Shown: in pieces, positions 35,387 through 44,057 of the stretch | Numbering within the stretch: position 1 is the first letter of the stretch | Layout of the letters: each line of letters starts with the position of its first letter | Virus record (IMG/VR): IMGVR_UViG_3300018080_005419 | Reading direction: 5' to 3' (one strand) | DNA: 64,000 nt | Source of the DNA: a virus | Program-made: the position numbers and the translations under genes | Notes under the pieces: model-generated | The model's input: the letters and a program-made list of their open reading frames with translations, nothing else | What the model was told of the DNA's origin: nothing | Databases searched by the model: none

Positions 35387-36076
35387 ATGTCAGATTCTAA
35401 AAAATTAGATGAACGGATTGAGCTAGTTCACGATTATTGGATTGATCCTGATAGTCGCGAAATTTGGATACATGGAATTGATAATACAGGTGATGAAGAA
35501 GGAGAGCCCGGTGTTGATCATCAAATGGCAACTCGTGTAATTAAAAATCTTCACTATCTCCGCAAACAATCTACAAGAGCAACTGTTACAATCCATCTCC
35601 ATACTTGTGGTGGATATGTAGGAGAAGGATTTGCTATTTACGATACTATCAGATTAATGCCTTATCCTGTAACAATCATCAGTTACACTCATGCCAGAAG
35701 TATGTCGTCAGTTATACTTCAAGCAGCAGCAGGACCAGATGATACAAGATTGCTTTTACCCAGTAGTCATTTTATGTTTCATTTTGGGTCATACGAAACA
35801 CATGGAATTTCTCAACAAGTTTATAGCGAAATTGATTTCTTTAAAAAGTATGATGAATTAATGATAGATATTTATATAGAATCTGTTAAAAATGGTAAAA
35901 AATTTAAAGGAGTAACAGATAAAAGAATCAGAAAAGAATTGATAGATAGAATGAACAGCAAAGTAGATGTTTATTTAACTGCTGAAGAAGCGGTTGAATG
36001 GGGATTTGCTGACGGAATACTTGAAACTTGGCCGAATACATGCAAATGGAAAAGAGGAAACACTAAGAAGGTTTAA
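35387..36076 (+). CDS. clpP: ClpP-family protease subunit
   Basis: IHLHTCGGYV.EGFAIYD, ARSMSSVIL (Ser), FMFH (His), DVYLTAEEAVEWGFAD. Confidence 0.85.
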   Translation: MSDSKKLDERIELVHDYWIDPDSREIWIHGIDNTGDEEGEPGVDHQMATRVIKNLHYLRKQSTRATVTIHLHTCGGYVGEGFAIYDTIRLMPYPVTIISYTHARSMSSVILQAAAGPDDTRLLLPSSHFMFHFGSYETHGISQQVYSEIDFFKKYDELMIDIYIESVKNGKKFKGVTDKRIRKELIDRMNSKVDVYLTAEEAVEWGFADGILETWPNTCKWKRGNTKKV

Positions 36077-36179
36077 ATTCAACGATTGTCAAATCTTCAT
36101 TTTCAAGCTCTTCTTCTATAATTTCCAAAACCTTATTCCAATCGCCACCTGCTAAACCACAACCTATTATCGTTTTCAT
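36063..36179 (-). pseudogene. 38-aa C-terminal fragment of a macro domain
   Basis: MKTIIGCGLAGGDWNKVLEIIEEELENEDLTIVEF; ATG overlaps the upstream TGA; ends in TAG. Confidence 0.65.
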
Positions 36180-37195
36180 GCTGATGGCCTTTTAGACAAA
36201 ATATAAGTAATTGTATCATCTGGTAATCCTACTTCTATTGCTCTTTTTTCAAGCATATCCCACACATCAATTCTGGATATTCCGATATTTGCCAAACTTT
36301 TTGCAACCTCTTCAAATTCAGCTTCTGTTACTTCCTTATCGTCAAATGAAACGCCAACCTTCTCGTCAATAAATGGCGCTCCTTCTTTAAATACCTCTTC
36401 TTGGGTTAATGCAGATTCAACATTCCACATTTCCCACTTATATTTTTTAGTTTTGGGATCGATTAATATATCAACTCCACGAATAGGTCTGTCTACATCA
36501 TATTCGTTCTTTTGAGTTCTTGCTAGCGATCCAGGATTTATAAAAAGTGTGCCAATATCAGTAATAGTAGGATTAAAGCCCTGATGAAGATCTCCGCATA
36601 AAACAACATCTATAGATCTTTTTCCGTCGTTTTCTGTTTTAAACTCTCTTAAATCAATACCATAATGTTCATCTAATTTATCCATTAACAAATGATGTAC
36701 AAGAACAACACGAATATCGATATCTTTTGGGCGTTTTCTACTTGAAACTCGCATAGACCATTTAATCGGGTCAGAACTATTAGGACAAGCCAAAAATCCA
36801 ATTTTTAACCCTTGAATGTCTTTAACTAAGTCTTTATCTGTAGGAATTTCTTCAATGTTTTCAATAACACGAGAAGCCTGTCTGAATATAAAAGCTTGAG
36901 TGGATAAATGTCGCGTTCCATAGTCTTTGCCGTATAGATCGTGTTGGCCCCATGTATATAAAAATGGAACTTTAAGATGTTCATCAAAAATATGGATAGC
37001 TTTTTCTTTAACTTGATCCGCATTAAGTCTATATGTATGACAAAAATCACCTCCGAACAGTGCTAAGTCTGATTCGGAGGCGTGTTGAATACAATCTTTT
37101 AATTTTCCTAGAATAGTTTCAGGGTAATCGTCTTTTCTGCTGATAGGACCCTGACCACGCAAATGAAGATCGGTAAAGAATGAAAGTCTAATCAT
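36176..37195 (-). CDS. Mre11/SbcD-like metallophosphoesterase (recombination nuclease subunit)
   Basis: TDLH, GGDFCH, GQHD, VHH, GDLH, NPGSL. Confidence 0.88.
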   Translation of the reverse strand: MIRLSFFTDLHLRGQGPISRKDDYPETILGKLKDCIQHASESDLALFGGDFCHTYRLNADQVKEKAIHIFDEHLKVPFLYTWGQHDLYGKDYGTRHLSTQAFIFRQASRVIENIEEIPTDKDLVKDIQGLKIGFLACPNSSDPIKWSMRVSSRKRPKDIDIRVVLVHHLLMDKLDEHYGIDLREFKTENDGKRSIDVVLCGDLHQGFNPTITDIGTLFINPGSLARTQKNEYDVDRPIRGVDILIDPKTKKYKWEMWNVESALTQEEVFKEGAPFIDEKVGVSFDDKEVTEAEFEEVAKSLANIGISRIDVWDMLEKRAIEVGLPDDTITYILSKRPSA

Positions 37196-37246
37196 TGTTT
37201 TTTCCTTGTTAATTATGTCGCAAGATAGCGGGTAATGTTTTAATTA

Positions 37247-37555
37247 TTATATAGCGGGAACTCCATGTTGGTATCCGTAAATAACGCCAAACTTTGTTGT
37301 GAATCTTTCCTGGATCATTTGCGTATAGCCAGCAGTAGTAGGAGCAGAATATAGATCCTTATAATACAGACGTTTGTAGTTTTCTCCTTCTCCATCAGGA
37401 AGTGTAGAAGGTATATCCAAATACCGAATAATTTGATTTCGATAATCAGCGTCAGCCTCAGCAATAGGTACATTTACATATGGATTTGGGTCATTTGCTC
37501 GAATATCGTTTGGAACAGTAACAGTAAAATCATAATCTTGTGTATAAACAGGCAT
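37247..37555 (-). CDS. Hypothetical protein
   Basis: AAGGAGG RBS; Tyr/Pro-rich. Confidence 0.75.
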   Translation of the reverse strand: MPVYTQDYDFTVTVPNDIRANDPNPYVNVPIAEADADYRNQIIRYLDIPSTLPDGEGENYKRLYYKDLYSAPTTAGYTQMIQERFTTKFGVIYGYQHGVPAI

Positions 37556-37577
37556 AATTTGACCTCCTTAAATTGTA

Positions 37578-39035
37578 CTACTCTATGGCCGTTAAGTCCA
37601 GTAAATGTCTGCTCTTTCCATTATAAAAGCAACCATCACTGTCAATATCAAACTTCCTTAACGGCACTGTCATAATATGCCCAGTTATCAAAGTTTTTTC
37701 AAGATCGTCAAAATGCTTCTCCCAAACAAAGAAAGATATGTCGTCAAAGTCGTCTGAAAATTCCACTATCCACATAGGATTCCCAGACTTTTTGGACACT
37801 GTTTTCTTAATTTTTCCTATAACTCCAAGGAAAACGCCCTCTTCCGTGTTCTTCAATTCTTCTATCTTTGAGATTCCATATTCGTCTAATTTATCGTATG
37901 TTTCCATAGGTATTAACGAATGGCTTAATGAAATTCCTAATAATTCTTCTTCTGCGCTTTTTCTTTCTTCTTCTCCAAAATGCACATACTCATAAGTTTT
38001 TTCTTTCCTTATTTCTCCTAAAAATTGATTAATCATAAATTCACGGTCGCCAAAACAATCAAAAGCGCCAGATTTAATCAGAGCCATAATTTTAGATTTA
38101 TTACACTTTCTTTTTTCAACCTTATCGTAAAAATCTTTGAGGGAGTTGAACGGCCTTTTAGTAAGAACTTCATTGGCACCAGCAGGACCTAAATTCTTAA
38201 TCATACTCAGGCCCCATCGAATAGTGTTTCCTTCTAAGGTGAATTTGTTTTCAGAATTGTTTACATCAGGGGGAATAATAGAAATACCCATCTTTCTAGC
38301 ATATTGAATATATTTTTTAAGAATGCTGCCACCTCTCTTATCCTTTTTGGCAATATCTGTAAAGTTTAAGAGAGCAGCCATAAATTGTATAGGGAAATGA
38401 ACTTTAAGGAATAATGACCAATATGCTACCATTGCATAAGATGCTGCGTGGCTTAAGTTGAAACCGTAGCCCCCATAATTTTTAAGAGTTTCAACAAAAG
38501 TATCTAATTGATCTTGCGTTATAAGTCCGTCTTTGACAGATTTTTGCGAACGTTTTTTAAAGTCTTCTAATAAAACTTGTAGTTTCTTCATTGTTTCAGC
38601 ATTATCTTTTCCCTTTGCTAATCCTTTTCTTAGAGCATTAGCTTCAGCACCAGAAAATCCTGCTAAACGTCTAGCAATTGCCATTGCACTTTCTTGGTAG
38701 ATTGGGAGATTGTAGGATCTATCCAGAACATCAGCAACAGCAGGAATCGACTCCCATCTTTCATATCCCTTCTTTCTCTTACCGTAAGTAACATGTAAAT
38801 TACCACTCAAAGGATCTGGTCTTCCCAAAGTAGTAGCAGCATACATATCAGCGAATGAATCAATCCCTATCTCTTTAATAATCCCAATAGCAACATCTGT
38901 CTCAAATTGAAAAATGCCAAATACATCTAATTTGTTCAAACGCTTAAAGCATTCTTGATCATCATCTGGAACTTTAGCCATATCAAGTGGTTCTGGAGAT
39001 ACATTTTCTACAATACCAGGGTCAATTTTAAGCAT
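37578..39035 (-). CDS. dnaE: DNA polymerase III alpha, C-terminal fragment
   Basis: GIFQFE, LGRP, PIYQE, LRKG..K, YGFNLSHAASY, PPDVN.S, IRWGLSMIKNLG, OB fold; own AAAGGA RBS. Confidence 0.92.
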   Translation of the reverse strand: MLKIDPGIVENVSPEPLDMAKVPDDDQECFKRLNKLDVFGIFQFETDVAIGIIKEIGIDSFADMYAATTLGRPDPLSGNLHVTYGKRKKGYERWESIPAVADVLDRSYNLPIYQESAMAIARRLAGFSGAEANALRKGLAKGKDNAETMKKLQVLLEDFKKRSQKSVKDGLITQDQLDTFVETLKNYGGYGFNLSHAASYAMVAYWSLFLKVHFPIQFMAALLNFTDIAKKDKRGGSILKKYIQYARKMGISIIPPDVNNSENKFTLEGNTIRWGLSMIKNLGPAGANEVLTKRPFNSLKDFYDKVEKRKCNKSKIMALIKSGAFDCFGDREFMINQFLGEIRKEKTYEYVHFGEEERKSAEEELLGISLSHSLIPMETYDKLDEYGISKIEELKNTEEGVFLGVIGKIKKTVSKKSGNPMWIVEFSDDFDDISFFVWEKHFDDLEKTLITGHIMTVPLRKFDIDSDGCFYNGKSRHLLDLTAIE

Positions 39036-39105
39036 TTCTCTATTTTCCTTTATATTTTTCCTAACAAGTGTGAATCTATTTTTACTTCAAACGGAGAATA
39101 ATAAA

Positions 39106-39375
39106 ATGGAAGAAAGACAAGATGAAGTTATTTTTCAAACCGCAGAAGAAGCTTTCCAAAAACTTGCCGATTTAACAGGCAAGAAAATAATGGTTCCTGA
39201 TAAGGCTGAACCAACAGTAGCAGAAGAAAATCAAGAAGAAGAAGCTGTTACTGGAGGCACAACAAAAGAATTAGCCGACAAGCTTAGAGAACAAGGTGAA
39301 AAATACGGAGAAGCAGCTGACAAATTAGAAGACATTGATTCTGAAATTGAATCTTTCGGAACAGCAATTGAATAG
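39106..39375 (+). CDS. Leader-module acidic protein lying antisense between the dnaE fragments
   Basis: GGAG RBS, ATG 39106; VIFQTAEEAFQKLADLTGKKIMV. Confidence 0.8.
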   Translation: MEERQDEVIFQTAEEAFQKLADLTGKKIMVPDKAEPTVAEENQEEEAVTGGTTKELADKLREQGEKYGEAADKLEDIDSEIESFGTAIE

Positions 39376-39378
39376 CAA

Positions 39379-41976
39379 TTAATCTAAACTCATCTCTAAA
39401 GCTGTTTCAGGAATTCCAATTAATTGATGTCCTGGCTCTAAGTCCCTAACTGTTGTTTCGTATATTTCTCCTTCCCAGTCTACTTCTACAATATCGTCTT
39501 CCTTTAAACGTATTAATCGACCGTCTTCTAATTTGATGACGGTCGTAGTTTTTTCAATTAGATCTAAAGCGTCTGAAATAATAGAAATCGTTCTTAATCC
39601 AAGAATGTCATATTTAACCAATCCAACTTCCTGAAGTTCTTTTAATGCTAATCCTTCAGTCCAACAAGCAACAACTTCTGCTTCGTCTTTGCCATCTTTT
39701 TTAGTTGTTAATTTTCGTACAGGAATCCATTTAGTAAGATCAACAGATGCTACAATCATACCTGCCGGATGTTTACCTATATTTCTAATTTGACCTCTTA
39801 AAGCTTTACATGCATTACTCATATAAGGATGTGCGTCAATTAGTCCTTTAATTGTTGGCTCTTTTTCTAACAAAGAACCCCAATCCATTTTATCAAGAGC
39901 GTCACCATCACTATCCGGATCATCATCATCTTTATATTTATCGTTCAATCCTTTAGTAATTGCATTTAAAAATCCAGGCTCAATACAAAAAACTCGTCCA
40001 ACATCTTTAATTGCTGTCTTTGTCCAAATTAATTGATAAGATCCAATACTACAAACGTGCTCTTCTCCAAATAATTTTCCCATTGCTTCTTTTACTTCTC
40101 GTCTATATCTTGGATCAACGTCCCAATCAATATCAGGAGGGTCAGATCTAGATTCGTCTAAAAATCGCTCGAAAAGAAGATTATACTTAATAGGATCAAG
40201 TTTTGTAATTTCTAAACAATACGATATTAAAGAACCAGCAGCACTTCCACGGCCAGGACCAGTCAATATCTTATGTTCTTTGCAATATTCAACAATCTTT
40301 CTGAAAATTAAAAAATAATCAGCAAAGTCAAGGTTTTCAATAACAGATAGTTCATGTTCCAATCTTTCTTCATATTTTGATTTGCCTGAAAGTTTAAATT
40401 TATCCATACCTTCTCGACAAAAAGATTTTAAATCAGCATTAGAATTATCACTCATCTTTGGTAATTTAATGGACGTATCAATGTCAAAGTTTTCAATAGA
40501 TCTAGCTAAACTTCTTGTGTCTCGAATAGCTTTCCAAAATATTTCCTCTGTAAAAACATCATCTTCGGGACCATGCATATCTTTCCAAGACTCGTATAAT
40601 TCATCTAATGTCTTAAAGTAGAAATCCTTTCCTTCAAACTCCCATACAGCATCTTCATTCAGAGACTTATCTAAATTACCTTCCCCTTTCATGATTCTAT
40701 CGGCATTTTCATCAAATACAGGAAGACAAGCCTCATATCCATTATCTTCTAAAAATTTACGAGCATATAAAAGACCATCTTGCAATATTGCTTGTTTACT
40801 TTCTAATTCGTTTTCTTCCTTCCATCTATCTGTTTTCGGATCTATTTCAAAACCTTCAGATGTTAATTTGGGCTTCATATATCCAGCAGCAACAGACATG
40901 GCTTTATCAACCATTGTTTTATTGTCTCGTATCATCAACAAAATATCGTGAACTTCTGAGTCTTCTTTTCTTAAATAATGTACATCTGTTGTAATTACAT
41001 ATTTAGCACCAACCCACTCACCAAATGCAATGAGCTTCCTATTAATGTCTATTTGTTCTTCCCATTCAATTAGGTTTAACTCGATATAAAAATCATCAAA
41101 AATGCTCTTATAAAAATCGTATCTCTCTTTTGCTATTTCTAATCTTTTATCCCAGGACACTTTTTCGTCATTTAGGATAGTAGGAATTTCTCCAGCGCCA
41201 CCATCAGTAGAAGTTGCAATGACTCCTTCTCCATGTTCTGCTAAAAAGTCACAATCTGTTCTTGGTTTATAATAGAATCCGTTTAATTCAGCATCGTTTT
41301 GAATTTGAATTATATTGAACCATCCCTTTAAATTTTTAGCCAATAGGATTTGATGAAAATTCCGACGATACTTCAACTTCATTTCGCCATCCATGTCTTT
41401 ATATGTTTCTTTCGGCAATTTTCTATATTGATTTAAATAAGCTTCAACTCCAAAGACGGGTTTCATTCCCAATTTTTTAGCCAGAATATATTGTTTTACC
41501 CATCCTCCAAGCGAACCATGATTTGTTGCTGTAAGATAAGTCCATCCCCTTTCCATCATTAGGTCTGCTCTTTTTTGTGCTGTTCCTAATCCATCACGCA
41601 AACTATATTCGTCATGTAAATGGAAATGAGCAAAATCTTCTAATGCTACCCTCTCAATAGTAGACAAAGTATCGTCGTCAATTTCGTCATCAATTCGAAC
41701 TGTTAAGTAATCCTTTATAGTTGGAGGATTGTCGCAATGGGAAAAGATTACAAGATTCGGATTGCAAATTTCTAATTCTTCTTGGAGAATTTCGGCATAA
41801 TTTTCATGATCCTTCAAGGTCACAAAAATGCACTGTTCTTTATCCAGATCAAGTCGTTCAAGGGTATAATCACAGTATTCTTGAGATGGTTCACTTTCTG
41901 TAACTATAACAAAATTATAGGACTTACGCTGAGGAGTTACAGGTTCAATATCTGGCAAATCAAGATAGGTAGGCAT
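39379..41976 (-). CDS. dnaE: DNA polymerase III alpha, N-terminal fragment (PHP + palm) with Hint-like C-terminal tail
   Basis: HFHLHDEYS..DG, TNHG, GPGRGSAAGS, PPDIDWD, GKHPAG, KYDILGL; ~110-aa N-terminal extension; 56-aa non-DnaE tail. Confidence 0.93.
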   Translation of the reverse strand: MPTYLDLPDIEPVTPQRKSYNFVIVTESEPSQEYCDYTLERLDLDKEQCIFVTLKDHENYAEILQEELEICNPNLVIFSHCDNPPTIKDYLTVRIDDEIDDDTLSTIERVALEDFAHFHLHDEYSLRDGLGTAQKRADLMMERGWTYLTATNHGSLGGWVKQYILAKKLGMKPVFGVEAYLNQYRKLPKETYKDMDGEMKLKYRRNFHQILLAKNLKGWFNIIQIQNDAELNGFYYKPRTDCDFLAEHGEGVIATSTDGGAGEIPTILNDEKVSWDKRLEIAKERYDFYKSIFDDFYIELNLIEWEEQIDINRKLIAFGEWVGAKYVITTDVHYLRKEDSEVHDILLMIRDNKTMVDKAMSVAAGYMKPKLTSEGFEIDPKTDRWKEENELESKQAILQDGLLYARKFLEDNGYEACLPVFDENADRIMKGEGNLDKSLNEDAVWEFEGKDFYFKTLDELYESWKDMHGPEDDVFTEEIFWKAIRDTRSLARSIENFDIDTSIKLPKMSDNSNADLKSFCREGMDKFKLSGKSKYEERLEHELSVIENLDFADYFLIFRKIVEYCKEHKILTGPGRGSAAGSLISYCLEITKLDPIKYNLLFERFLDESRSDPPDIDWDVDPRYRREVKEAMGKLFGEEHVCSIGSYQLIWTKTAIKDVGRVFCIEPGFLNAITKGLNDKYKDDDDPDSDGDALDKMDWGSLLEKEPTIKGLIDAHPYMSNACKALRGQIRNIGKHPAGMIVASVDLTKWIPVRKLTTKKDGKDEAEVVACWTEGLALKELQEVGLVKYDILGLRTISIISDALDLIEKTTTVIKLEDGRLIRLKEDDIVEVDWEGEIYETTVRDLEPGHQLIGIPETALEMSLD

Positions 41977-42100
41977 ATGTGTATCTTCTCCTTTCGTATA
42001 TCTTCTTTTATTCTACCTTTAGATCAAGAAAAAACTTCTATATTTCTTTATATTTTAGCCGTTTATGTAAGACGATTACTTTCTATAAGGAGTGAACACA

Positions 42101-43660
42101 ATGAATATTACTGGTGGACAGCTTAGGCTTCTCACAAAGGTTCTCCCAAGATTAAAGTTTGCTACAGTAGTCGGGCTTTCTCAATTTTTAGGGTTTGATC
42201 TTAATGGTTTGCTTAGTATCCGAACAGCAGGTAGAACCGCAGCTGTTGAGGATGAAGAAGCAAGAGAACAAGAAGACGTTGCACTAGAAGATATTATGGA
42301 GGGAAAAAGAGAGGAAGAAGAAACCCCCGCCAAAGATTATATTGAAGATCACTCAGATCCTACTATTGCTGCTTTTAATTCATATGTTGAAAATGATCTT
42401 GTTCGTAAAAAATATTTCCCAGATACAAAATTAAAACTACAAAAAGCCCTCGCAAATAATCCGAATGCCAACGAAATTATGCAAAAATTAAGTAGTCCTG
42501 AATTTACCAAATCAAGCAAAAAGCATACTGATATTAAAAAGGATGTCAGATCATATGCAAAGGAAGTTGGATTAACCGGGACAGAGATTGATTTAGCAGA
42601 TTCATATGTTTCACTACAAAGAATTCTTAACGGTAAATTTAGAACAGATTTTAAATCAATTATTATGAATCATGCTAAAAAAATAGTAAGTGCAAAAGTT
42701 CTTGAATCTTTAGAAGATGCTGTTGGTTGGATTATTACTGCTATAATACAAGGTCGAAAGATTCTGAACAAAAGTTTTTTACAGGGAGAGAGCGATCCCG
42801 AAAAGAGTTATTCATTAGAAGAACAAATTGATTTAAAGTATTTCGGAGAAGGAAAATACGTAGGTGCTCAAAGCATTATTGAAACACTTACACATCTTTC
42901 AAGGACAACAGCTGGAAATACTATAAAACTACTTAAAGGTGAAGAACATAGCAGTATACATGAGAGTGTAGGAGATGAAGAAGATTCTACAATGGGAGAT
43001 TTAATACGCGATAAAAGAACTGAAAGTCCTGATGAAGCTGAAATGAGAAGAGAAGTTAAAAAGATATTAGAAGAAGTTGTTAAAGAAAATGCAAAATCTA
43101 AAGAAGAAGCAGATACGATTTTATGGGCAATGGATTATGCTGAAAAGGCTCCCATTGAAAGAAAGGGAACCGGAGAAGGCGTAGGACTAGAAAGTACTTC
43201 ATATTATACTTCAGATCCAAAAGCATGGGAAGAAATTGGCATTATGTCGCAAAATGATTATAATAACCGAATAAGAGGTCCCATGCAAAGACTAAGACCG
43301 TTGATTGATGCACGTTTACGAAGCGAAATGGGAATTAGAATTTCATCTATTCTCAGTCAACAATTGTTAATTCGTGCAGCTGGAGGAGGCAAATTAAAAT
43401 TAGCATCTAAGATTTCTAACGTATCACCTTGGAGAAATTTTGGCAACGTTAAGGTATACGAAGCTGGCAAACCACAATTTGCTCACGAATTTTATTGGGA
43501 AATTGACGGTAACAAGGTTAAAATAGCAGATGTGCAGGATGTTGACGAAGAACATATCGATGAAGCATATCAGTCAGCACTGCAAGCTGTTCAACAAGAA
43601 GCATTTCGATCTAATTTAGAAGAAAAAGAGAAAAATAGTGTTGAAGGAAATATGGGCTAA
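42101..43660 (+). CDS. Large protein with divergent sigma-factor-like region 3.2/4
   Basis: SIHESVGDEEDSTMGDLIRDKRTESPDE resembles the sigma70 finger; AAGGAG RBS. Confidence 0.55.
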   Translation: MNITGGQLRLLTKVLPRLKFATVVGLSQFLGFDLNGLLSIRTAGRTAAVEDEEAREQEDVALEDIMEGKREEEETPAKDYIEDHSDPTIAAFNSYVENDLVRKKYFPDTKLKLQKALANNPNANEIMQKLSSPEFTKSSKKHTDIKKDVRSYAKEVGLTGTEIDLADSYVSLQRILNGKFRTDFKSIIMNHAKKIVSAKVLESLEDAVGWIITAIIQGRKILNKSFLQGESDPEKSYSLEEQIDLKYFGEGKYVGAQSIIETLTHLSRTTAGNTIKLLKGEEHSSIHESVGDEEDSTMGDLIRDKRTESPDEAEMRREVKKILEEVVKENAKSKEEADTILWAMDYAEKAPIERKGTGEGVGLESTSYYTSDPKAWEEIGIMSQNDYNNRIRGPMQRLRPLIDARLRSEMGIRISSILSQQLLIRAAGGGKLKLASKISNVSPWRNFGNVKVYEAGKPQFAHEFYWEIDGNKVKIADVQDVDEEHIDEAYQSALQAVQQEAFRSNLEEKEKNSVEGNMG

Positions 43661-44057
43661 GCTTTTTGGTAGCAAAGAAAAAGAAGCTACATTAAATATC
43701 AATCTCAATATTAAAGTGAAAGACCTCGACAGATTTGTCGAGGTTCTTTCAAAAATATCTCATAACTCGAATAACAACTTCAATAATAGGGATATAATAG
43801 AAGAAAGAGAAGTCAATAATAAAAATCAATCTGAGGAAAGACAAATTATTAATAAACCCATATCTGAAAAGAAAAAACATTTAAGTGAGGATCCTATTAC
43901 AGCAAAAGATGTAGCTGAAATATTTAATTCAACTGGCATCCAAAAAGGAGTTGATAAAACAGGATCTGACCTTTATAGTCACTCAAAAGGATCTAGTACA
44001 GATAACCAAGTTTCATCTTTAAAGAAACTCAAGAAAAAAGGAAATCAAAATGGTTAA
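43638..44057 (+). CDS. Hypothetical protein
   Basis: ORF overlapping its neighbours. Confidence 0.7.
   Translation: MLKEIWAKLFGSKEKEATLNINLNIKVKDLDRFVEVLSKISHNSNNNFNNRDIIEEREVNNKNQSEERQIINKPISEKKKHLSEDPITAKDVAEIFNSTGIQKGVDKTGSDLYSHSKGSSTDNQVSSLKKLKKKGNQNG

Noticed and set aside
1129-39375. Repeated module as a DNA repeat, mobile element or NUMOD1 homing-endonuclease motif
   Set aside because: Copies are conserved in amino acids, not nucleotides, and have no terminal repeats. F.S..EA resembles NUMOD1, but the following DLTGKxIxIA does not, and no nuclease domains are attached.
39036-39549. Group I intron or functional split intein joining the dnaE halves
   Set aside because: The gap is occupied by a protein-coding antisense gene with no visible intron structure. 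Intein catalytic residues (N-terminal Cys/Ser, TxxH, terminal HN plus C/S/T) are absent.
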